In this document: positions 51,651 through 62,221 of the stretch, in pieces
How positions within the stretch are numbered: position 1 is the stretch's first letter
How the letters are laid out: the number at the start of each line of letters is the position of its first letter
From: Octopus sinensis
Taxonomy: Eukaryota
Assembly (NCBI RefSeq): GCF_006345805.1
Contig: NC_042997.1
Location: 22,196,001 to 22,260,000, forward strand
DNA: 64,000 nucleotides
Direction: 5' to 3'
Notes under the pieces: generated by a model
What the model saw: the letters and a program-made list of their open reading frames with translations, nothing else
What the model was told of the DNA's origin: nothing
The model's database searches: none
Program-made: the position numbers and the translations under genes

Positions 51651-54254
51651 AGATAAATATATATATACAATTTCAAAAAGAGCTACTAATAGTTTCATAC
51701 TGTTGAGATGCAATAATTTGGCAGATTTATATAGCATGCCATGTATCACCAAGCAATCTTTTTAGGTTCAGTGCATGCTGTTAGACCTATTTGAAAACCA
51801 GTTGGCCGGTCTATGAGAAAAATAGAAAGAAAAATGTGAAGGTTTATGCAAAATGTAGAACATAAAGAAAGAAAAGAAAGTAAGAAAACGAAGATCATAA
51901 TTCCCTTTGTCAGTAGAAATCATAATTAATCTAGCTGGTATAGAATAATATAATGGAGAGGAGACCATTTATATTTGACAAGAAATTTGTCCATATGCTA
52001 GCATTTGCTAAAAATTTTGGATCTGGAATTAAGTAGTGCAGTCGAATACTTGGATCTAAAAAGAATATGTTCATTTTAAAATTTGTGTATATTAAATGAT
52101 ACTTGTGTGTGTGTATGTGTGTCTATTCAATATATGTATTGAAATGGCATTAAATTAAAATAGCCATTTATGTTTGATACTTAATGTATACATACCATCG
52201 AAACATGTCTGGCATTCTTGTGAATCACTGCTGTGATATATGTTGTGTTTTTAAAAACAACTTCTCTGAAAAATGATTTTTTTCAGACAAAATCTACAGC
52301 ATCCTACTTCAAGTCTCATCTGAAAACATACATAATGTACTTTTGAAACATATTCAACACTTGTTTTGCTTAGATGAGTCTATAAATTTAGCCGATTGCA
52401 TAGAATCTTGTAGAATGTACAAATATGGATGAATTATTTTCTTTCCATCAACTGTCAGAGTATGGCTATGCTTCAATTAATCTGAGTTTTAAGCCAGTTT
52501 GATTCCCAGTTGTGGATATTTTATTTTACTTATATCACTAATACCCTTGAGAAAGTTAAGAACATCAAACAATCTCATTTTCCTTTTCCCTAAAAATATA
52601 GTCTTGTGGTGGTTGTAAGCAACCTGTGTTTATTTTGTTAAGTTTGATTGTTTACTGTTCTGAGTTGGAAATATCTCCCACAATAGTAGCTAACATCTTA
52701 CGGTATGCTATTCCCTGAGGAAACAAACAACTAAGATCCACAAACATGCAGCTCAAGTATAAAGGCTTTTGAGCTGGAAGAGTAAAACTGTCGATGTATA
52801 CTTATGCAGCATATAGTTTAAGCTCTTCAACATATTTGGGGTTTTATTTTGGTTTGTTTTTAGTATTTTTTTTACCATTTTACTTATACTGGTTGGATGG
52901 GTTGGTAAATCTAAGCATTTAAATATATTAGGAAAATGTGTTTTTACAGCTGAATTTCTTTCTTTTCATTTGCCACTTTATCACAGATTATTTATTGTTT
53001 TAGTTAGATAATTTATTTTTATTATTATTATCACTGCCATGTTACCAAGGGCTGAGTTTTTGTTTTATTTGTTTATGCCACATTTTTTGGCAGTAATATT
53101 GGTTATTTCCCTCAAGGCTTCTGCATAACTGCAAACTTCACTTACTTTTTTGTTCCACTGGAATACAAAGATAAAATGAGATGAGTTATGTATTTCAACC
53201 AATTGTCTATTATTATTTAGTGGATGTATCAAAACTCTCTAATATTTTTCCAATGATCCTAACAACTAGGGATTTGTAATTCTAGGACTGTAATATGTGA
53301 GACTACCTTTTTTGTATATCAAGAACTATATTATTTGCTGTCTTACCATCTTTGAGATAATAGGGGATGATCTAAGAGATATTTGGTTTCAGGTGATGAT
53401 AAAGATAGAATATTACAGCTATTTTTTTCTGTGTTCTTTTATGGCTAAAGTAAAATTTCAGTTGTTAATTTGAAGATGATTTATTTTAATCATGTTGGTA
53501 AAACATCTATATGATTTCAAAGACTTCAGTAAAATGAATGTCATTTGTTTTTGCTTAAATTTAACCATTTTGATACCAACCTGCCTGAAGCCACTCCTAC
53601 TTTTATGATACAAATTTCTGGTTTTAAAATAATCTAATTTAAAATTTTCCACCAAAATTTCAGGTTAATTTATATTCCAAACACCAATTTAATAAATGAC
53701 AGTTCTTGAGTAAATTTTTCATTATTTTTAAAATTCATTAAAACGAAGTTGGTATTTCAATAGAAATATGTTAATGAAAGGGTGGATACTTTAATTCACA
53801 AGGCCTTTGCTAATTATCTAAATCTTCTTTGCTTTTAATATAAGCTCTGCATACTTCATGATACATACTTACAGTCAGGTTCAGTGAGACAGTGAAAGTT
53901 AAGTGTTTTGGTCATGATACTAGTGATGGAATATAATCAGACTCTCAAGCCAGTGTGCCAACATCCTAAAGAACTCAACCAGATTTTACAACATTGTCTT
54001 GGAATAGAAACATTTCTCTTGCCTGCTCTCTTTTTCTCTTTCTCCTCATCCTACTACTTACTAGATTATTATTGATTTCTCATTACGGTGCAAGCTTGCA
54101 AATTCCTAAGGAAGAGGTATATAGTTAACTTTATTGATCTCACTATGTGCTTGTTACTTATTTTAACAATGCTGGAGTGATCAGAAACAAAGTTAATGCT
54201 GACATGATTTGAATCCAAAATATAAAGAAATGAAACTAAATAATTATTTCTAAT

Positions 54255-54450
54255 TTAAGTGCAGGGCCAGAAATCTAGAGGAAAGGGTTATCTAATTATA
54301 TCAATCCCAGTTCTTCATTGGTCCTTTATTTGTTTCATCTTTGAAAGGATGAAAAGAAAAGGTGACCTTGGCAGGATTTGAACTTGGAACTTAAAGAAAC
54401 AAAACAAATACTGCAAAGCATTTTGTCTAATGCTGTTGCATCGCTATAAA
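54255..54450 (-). mobile_element. Degenerate SINE family B
   Basis: GAAAGGATGAAAAGAAAAGGTGACCTTGGCAGGATTTGAACT. Confidence 0.65.
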
Positions 54451-54644
54451 TTCTCACCCCTGACAAAACTAAATAACAGTAAATATTTAATTCAACAGTT
54501 ATATACCTTTTCTTTCCCAGCACTGCTTCCATTTCTTTCCAAGCCTCACATTTATCTTCTGGTGGAAAAAAGTTTATGATTATTATGATGTTTGTATGTG
54601 TGTTTATATATATATATATATTTATAAATAGACACACACGTATA

Positions 54645-54745
54645 CAGGGGTTGGACAAAATAATGGAAATACCTTAAAATTTCAAACAAATTTATTTTAA
54701 TATGGGGTAGGACCACCTTTGGCAGTAATTACAGCTTCAATTCTG
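54645..54745 (+). mobile_element. Tc1-like transposon terminal fragment
   Basis: TA|CAGGGGTTGGACAAAATAATGGAAATAC is a typical Tc1 end; no partner TIR in the window. Confidence 0.55.
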
Positions 54746-54749
54746 GCTA

Positions 54750-54995
54750 TCATGTTGATGGCATGCAATAAGCACCAGTCATGCGTGGGTCGTTGCCAGT
54801 ACTGCTTGACTGGCTCCCCATGCACATAAAAAGCACCATCCAAATGTGGCTGACTGGCTCCTGTGCTGGTGGCATGTAAAAAGCACCCACTACACTCTCG
54901 GAGTGGTTGGCATTAGGAAGGGCATCCAGCTGTAGAAGCATTGCCATATCAGATTGGAGCCTGTGCACCCTCCTGGTTTGCCAGTCCCCAGTCAT
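54750..54995 (+). mobile_element. Family C element, truncated
   Basis: Two ...AAAAAGCACC modules and GGTTGGCATTAGGAAGGGCATCCAGCTGTAG. Confidence 0.8.
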
Positions 54996-55431
54996 AGAGT
55001 AAGGGAACTATGGACACCCCATAGAGTAAGGGCAGTATGGGTTACCTTCAATATGGCCTCTCCAGTTTATGCCAACCAAATTTTAATAAAACTTTTGTTA
55101 TGGTGGAAGGTATTTGCCTAAAGTGTCATGCAGTGAGATTGAACCTCAAAACATGTAATTGCAAAACAAAATCTTTAACCACACTTATGTCCACAGCAGT
55201 ACAAGAGTCCCAAGTCCAGCTGGAACTGAAAATTGAAATGGGATTATGGGCTTAGCTCATGTAGTGGGTTTATATTCAAGAATATTTCTCAAGTAAAGCC
55301 AGTGAAAAAAAGACATTATTAAATATAATTGTGTAAGTATGGCTTCTTGGTGAATGAAGTAAAATGTTTTTGATTTAAATTGAATATTGTCTTTTTATTT
55401 ATTTAATAAAAGGAAAAAACAAAAACAGAAT

Positions 55432-55537
55432 TCTTAACCTACACATTTTTTCTTTCTCATTTTTCAGGTAAGTGTTCTGGACTGATTGATATCTTAAAGT
55501 TCCATTAACCATCGATCACCTTCTTTGTCTGGTAAGA
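55432..55537 (+). promoter_or_regulatory. Candidate recursive splice site with cryptic RS-exon
   Basis: TCTTAAC (55432-55438), polypyrimidine tract, CAG (55465-55467), GTAAGT (55468-55473); second donor CTG|GTAAGA at 55531/55532. Confidence 0.55.
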
Positions 55538-55645
55538 TGGAATTGATTTTAACTTTTTCAAGACTTATTTAAAATTTGAAAGTTTTAAATATCAGTTACT
55601 ATTCTAAAACGAACAATAAAAATATTATACTTAATATTTCAGTTG

Positions 55646-55750
55646 CTATAATTATTATTATTATTATTATTATTATTATCATTATTATTATCATTATTAT
55701 TACTATTATTATTATTATTATTATTGTTATTATTATTATGTCTTGTTGTT
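55646..55750. repeat. (ATT)n microsatellite
   Basis: Directly visible, with occasional ATC/ACT/GTT variants. Confidence 0.95.
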
Positions 55751-57294
55751 ATTAAATGGTACTGTTTCATTACTCCACTTAACTAAAGCATTTCATCTTG
55801 GACATTTGCCTTACAGGTTAATGTAATTGGCCATTACTTACATTAGACAATAATTTTTTTGTTAACTATTTCCTCATATGTTGAAAATTTTTCTGTTTCA
55901 AATTATAAGTCAGATATATTCTAAAATTATGCCTTCACACTTGTTCTATATAGTTAATATCAAAGAATGAATCATCGTCTGTTATATTTTTGCTTTATTA
56001 TTTTCCTTTACTTTTTTTTCTAAATTTTCTACACATTCCTTCTCTTAAAACAGAAATTCAGAATAGGCTTTCTGTCAGTTTTAACAAAGATTAAACACTC
56101 TCTATTTTAATTGAAGATATCTTTAACAGATATTCAATATATATTTTTATCAAAAACAAATAGTTTGATTAGTTTCCTTTTAATGTTGTTTTTCAGGATT
56201 TTGATTTCTTTCAAATTCATTTAGAATTGGAATTAGAAGCTACCCTTAGTTAAAACTTAAAAAAAAAAAATAAATAAATTTTATTCTTTATTTCAGAATG
56301 TTTAACAACTCAATTTCCTGTTTTTTTTTTTTTTGTTTTGTTTGATTTTTGTTATTTTCTTAGGTTTTTTTTACATCCCTTTGGTTCAAGAGGATTAAAA
56401 ATTTTAATTTAAGATTTTGTTTTAAGTTTCAGCTTTGATATAAGCATATTACTTTTCATAATACTCTCATAGCTAGAGAGAAATGATAGAGAGTGTTTCA
56501 AGAAAATTACATGATATATTAAGTATAAACATATGAAAGATGTTTGTATTCAATATATTTATATTCAAAAGTTAACATCAATAACACCAGATGATTTTAG
56601 TTGTTCTTGATACAGCAATGTAAAAATTTTCACTCAATACAGTAAACATATTTCCTTGAATGTCTTACTATCACTACTAAAACTTAAGTTAGCTTGCATA
56701 CAAGCTTTTTTAGCTTCCTTTAAATTTTCAATATTATACTAAAAATGTCTTTGAGACTTGTCCATTTTTATTAACATTATAAAAGTCAGAATATCTTTAT
56801 ATTGTTTAATATTTTCTTTACTTTTTGAAGACTCTAGTCATAGTTTTGGTGAAATTTGATCAATACTAATCTGGTAGTAACTTGAGAAAATATTTATTGA
56901 TAAAAACTCATATATTGTGGCTCACTTAACTAAAGACATTTATTGAAGAATATTAAGGATAAAAGTTACAAGAAATTACGCAGAAAAACTTCTGAATCTT
57001 TTTATTTTACTTACCTTTTCAAGAATTTTAATGGAAATGAAAATCTAAAAATTCTTGACTCAAAATATGATTTCAGTTGAGGAGTTGATGATAAATTCAA
57101 ATCAATCAGTACGTGTGACGTACAGGTTGTTACTCTTTACTACAAGCTTATCAATACTAAAACCAGAGAAGATACTTTTCAAAAAGTTAGATGAATCCTT
57201 TCAGATCCATACTGATTGTAAATTCAATCTTTGCTTTTAATGAATTAATAAAAAAAAATGCATTTTCTTATTTAAACCATTATTTCTAAATGTT

Positions 57295-57408
57295 ATTAAT
57301 AGTTATCACCGAGCTAATATAGCAGTCCAGAAATATAGGACAAATGCTGCCAGCAGTATTCGTCCTATATTTCTTGACTGTCATATTAGCTTGGTGATAA
57401 CTATTAAT
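57295..57408. repeat. 114-nt hairpin/palindrome (55-bp arms, 4-nt loop)
   Basis: 57295-57349 versus 57354-57408: 49 Watson-Crick pairs, 3 G:U, 3 mismatches (by eye). Confidence 0.9.
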
Positions 57409-58380
57409 ATTCAGTAATGCTGCCATAGTCTCCTCTAGAGATATTTAGAAATATTAATATTTCTATTTCTAAATGTTGTTTTTAATATATCATAACTTCA
57501 GCATTAAGATTTTAACCTACTTCAGAATATATTGGTACAAAAAAACATGAGCCACATAGAGACATTGAGCAGGTTAAAAATAGGTAACAATATTTTGATT
57601 CAGTTGGTTAGAAAAAAATACTAATGGCATGAATAATAGTATGTACTTAACAAATGGTCAATTATTGGTACAACCACAAAAGAATCCCTCTAATCCTTTA
57701 GTTCCAACCATTTCAATGCTCCACATTTCTTTGAAATGTTTAATTAATTTTTGCATCCCCTAAAAATGTAATTATTTGAAGAAGGAAAAGTCAACCTTCT
57801 AATATCTGTTTATCTCTGTTTTATTAATGGAACCACATACAGTATTGTGGGTAAATGAATTTAACTCAAAACCTAAGCTTTTGACTTGGTGAATAAAATA
57901 CAAATGTAAATTGGGTCTGTAGAAAAATTCCTGTGAACTGAAATCAATCACAATTGTAAACAATGATTTCTTTTGTTCCTGCTTCTCATTCACGTGAATA
58001 TCAAGATGTGAAACTTCCTTCTTAAGATTCTTTGGTCTGCTTGGGAATCCAGACAAATTCCTAGATTTTGTTTTGGTTGGCACAAGAGAACTAAATCCAG
58101 ATTCATATGAATATTTCATTGTATATGGAATAAGAAAACAGCTCTTGGTCATAATCTCATGAGAGAGAAATCAACATACGTAAAATAATGAAGTTCATGG
58201 CATGTGATATGTTTAACAGAATAAAGTTCCTTTTAAGAGTTTGTTAATAATTTTATTCTTAAAAGTGATTTAAATATGTGTATTCTTTCCCTTCTCTGTC
58301 ATACCTACTGAAATGCTATTTTGGCACCCACAAGGGATATGAGCATTCACAATTTGAAACCACTGCACAGCTCAATGAAA

Positions 58381-58416
<36 letters not shown>

Positions 58417-60080
58417 CATTCTTTCCACTCTGTAGTAGTTTTAATTTATTGTGAAACTTTAAGCATTTACTAAAATGATTGGTGTATATATATTTCTGGG
58501 TGTTTTTTTTTCTAATAATATAAATGTTAATTATAAAGTAGGAATTGTACTTATGTTTAAATTGAGGTAATTGACCAAGTGGATTAATAAAATATAATCT
58601 AAAAACATTCAGCATCTAATTACTGATTATGAAATTACTATTAAATTTTATTCCTTTTTTTTATTATTTATTTATGAATTTTATGTTTTTAAACTGATAT
58701 CTATTTTCATTCTTTTCTTTTTGTCAGATATATATGTCCATATTTAAACATAAAAGAACAAAACTGAAACCTGTTTTATTTTAAAAACAGACACATTGCT
58801 TAGCTTCCTTTTGTATTCTATATTTTAACCTATAAATTTGCATATATCTAACATTTATATTATGAAGGAATTTCAATTCAAACGCCTATGACACTTTAGC
58901 TTCAGATTATATTGTACTTTCAAGCACTTTGTCCTATATTTTGATTGTAGAAACTAGACCACTTAATAAATTCTATTTTTATAGGAAATGAATCATAAAT
59001 ATAACATAACTACTTGTAACGTAAGTTACATGGAGGCCAAATCCAGATGTTTCATTAAGAAATTTCATTCATATTTATATCTTAGTTAAGATAATATTAT
59101 TGTTATTTTGCATCTATGTTATATGCTTACATGTTATCAAACGTTTACAAGTTGGCTACAAGTTTGATGTCTAGGAACTAGCTATTCAGTTGACTAAAGT
59201 TTCTAGACATAATGGCTCACATGTGACTAAAGCTTTAGTTGGGACAAGCCCAGTATGACACAACAGTGGGGTTGTCATTTAATGACAATCAGTTTCAACT
59301 CATTGACACAGATTCCACGAAGGCTAAGCTGAAATGCTTTGCTATTACTCAGAAATGGAAAAACTTCTGAAGACTAGTGAGGATAAGGAATAATAGTCTT
59401 TTCTTTATTTACTTGTGCAAACCAAATCAATGATGGTGGTGCAAAAATTTTATGTAATGGTAAAAACACTGGAAATTTTAAAAATTTATAATGTTGTGAA
59501 TTAATTTCCAAAAGAAATTAATAATTACAAGTAAGGTCAGATTCTTATATATATATCGAAATCTGTCTGCACCAATTCAAATATATTCTCAGAGATGACT
59601 TGAGTCAGCTTAAAAAATTGGAGCGAAAGTACAAAGTGCTTTTGTGGATATGAACTGTCCTGGATTTGTTAAAATTTCTATTTAATGTGGAAAACTGAAT
59701 CCCTTTCAGGCTTACAAAAAGGTTACAAAAAGAAGAAATTTAAGCTGTTGAAAATAAATATTAAGCAAGTATTTATGAAATTAGTCTAAATATCCTAATA
59801 ATACTGTGAAATTTAAAGTTAGTGTTAAGATAAAAGTTGGTACTTGCAGCAAGTAACTATTTTGAATAAACCAATATTGAAATGTAACTATCATATCATT
59901 TTGATGTCCACTTTCTTATGCTTGCATGAATCAGCCATAATTCATTGAGGCACATTTACTACTGCTAGCTGCCTTTCCAATTGCCAAACCCCACCTATTT
60001 CCAAGCCAGGCAATATTTCCCCTTGGTCAGACATGTTTTCACAGAAGACTAGAAATAAACGATATATATATATGTATATG

Positions 60081-60114
<34 letters not shown>

Positions 60115-60115
60115 T

Positions 60116-62221
60116 CTCTGGCTTTCATTCAGTCATTTATCTAATTAATTATTTTTCCCCCTCAAATATAGTATTCAAACTAGTTGCTTCGATTCTCTCT
60201 CTCTCTCTCTCTCGTGTTTCCGTCCCCTTCCCTAATTCCCTTATAAAAGCCAGCGTGCGATCGTATCTGATCCCTATTCACTCGCTACACCTTCAGAGAA
60301 AACACAGACTTCCAAAAATGGCCAGCTAAGTCAATTTCATCCTGCTCTTTTCATATTTTTAAGCGTTTTGTTTGGATAGCTTGATCTGTTCTCCCTTCGT
60401 TCCCCTATTCTCTAAACATGGCGACTTCACGCATTGCATTTTTAAAGTTTATCCATTCTCCTCCGAAATATGCCCCCTCGTCTCTTACCGTATTTTTTTC
60501 ATTATTTATCTATTCTCATTCTCTACCGTATTTTTTTCATTATTTATCTATTTCCATTCTCTACCGTATTTTTTTATTATTTATCTATTTTCATTCTCTC
60601 TCTGGCTTTCATTCAGTCATTTATCTAATTAATTATTTTTCCCCCTCAAATATAGTATTCAAACTAGTTGCTTCGATTCTCTCTCTCTCTCTCTCTCTCG
60701 TGTTTCCGTCCCCTTCCCTAATTCCCTTATAAAAGCCAGCGTGCGATCGTATCTGATCCATATTCACTCGCTACACCTTCAGAGAAAACACAGACTTCCA
60801 AAAATGGCCAGCTAAGTCAATTTCATCCTGCTCTTTTCATATTTTTAAGCGTTTTGTTTGGATAGCTTGATCTGTTCTCCCTTCGTTCCCCTATTCTCTA
60901 AACATGGCGACTTCACGCATTGCATTTTTAAGTTTATTTTCCTTCAGGGCCATCTTCGATGTTTATCCATTCTCCTCCGAATATGCCCCCTCGTCTCTTA
61001 CCGTATTTTTTTCATTATTTATCTATTCTCATTCTCTACCGTATTTTTTTCATTATTTATCTATTTCCATTCTCTACCGTATTTTTTTATTATTTATCTA
61101 TTTTCATTCTCTCTCTGGCTTTCATTCAGTCATTTATCTAATTAATTATTTTTCCCCCTCAAATATAGTATTCAAACTAGTTGCTTCGATTCTCTCTCTC
61201 TCTCTCTCTCTCTCGTGTTTCCGTCCCCTTCCCTAATTCCCTTATAAAAGCCAGCGTGCGATCGTATCTGATCCCTATTCACTCGCTACACCTTCAGAGA
61301 AAACACAGACTTCCAAAAATGGCCAGCTAAGTCAATTTCATCCTGCTCTTTTCATATTTTTAAGCGTTTTGTTTGGATAGCTTGATCTGTTCTCCCTTCG
61401 TTCCCCTATTCTCTAAACATGGCGACTTCACGCATTGCATTTTTAAAGTTTATTTTCCTTCAGGGCCATCTTCGATGTTTATCCATTCTCCTCCGAAATA
61501 TGCCCCCTCGTCTCTTACCGTATTTTTTTCATTATTTATCTATTCTCATTCTCTACCGTATTTTTTTCATTATTTATCTATTTCCATTCTCTACCGTATT
61601 TTTTTATTATTTATCTATTTTCATTCTCTCTCTGGCTTTCATTCAGTCATTTATCTAATTAATTATTTTTCCCCCTCAAATATAGTATTCAAACTAGTTG
61701 CTTCGATTCTCTCTCTCTCTCTCTCTCGTGTTTCCGTCCCCTTCCCTAATTCCCTTATAAAAGCCAGCGTGCGATCGTATCTGATCCATATTCACTCGCT
61801 ACACCTTCAGAGAAAACACAGACTTCCAAAAATGGCCAGCTAAGTCAATTTCATCCTGCTCTTTTCATATTTTTAAGCGTTTTGTTTGGATAGCTTGATC
61901 TGTTCTCCCTTCGTTCCCCTATTCTCTAAACATGGCGACTTCACGCATTGCATTTTTAAAGTTTATTTTCCTTCAGGGCCATCTTCGATGTTTATCCATT
62001 CTCCTCCGAAATATGCCCCCTCGTCTCTTACCGTATTTTTTTCATTATTTATCTATTCTCATTCTCTACCGTATTTTTTTCATTATTTATCTATTTCCAT
62101 TCTCTGCCGTATTTTTTTATTATTTATCTATTTTCATTCTCTCTCTGGCTTTCATTCAGTCATTTATCTAATTAATTATTTTTCCCCCTCAAATATAGTA
62201 TTCAAACTAGTTGCTTCGATT
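60116..62221. repeat. Tandem array of a ~484-517-bp unit (4 full copies plus a partial)
   Basis: Unit starts (CTCTGGCTTTCATTCAG) at 60116, 60600, 61113, 61630, 62143; each unit has (CT)n and three ~37-bp ACCGTATTTTTT..ATTATTTATCTATT sub-repeats. Confidence 0.97.

Noticed and set aside
52278-52432. Acceptor TTTTTTCAG followed by a 49-codon open frame
   Set aside because: Unrecognised peptide, no good donor, AT-rich codons as expected by chance.
60940-60965. Hammerhead ribozyme in the tandem unit (- strand GAAGATGGCCCTGAAGGAAAA)
   Set aside because: Lacks an intact CUGANGA core with stem II and GAAA.
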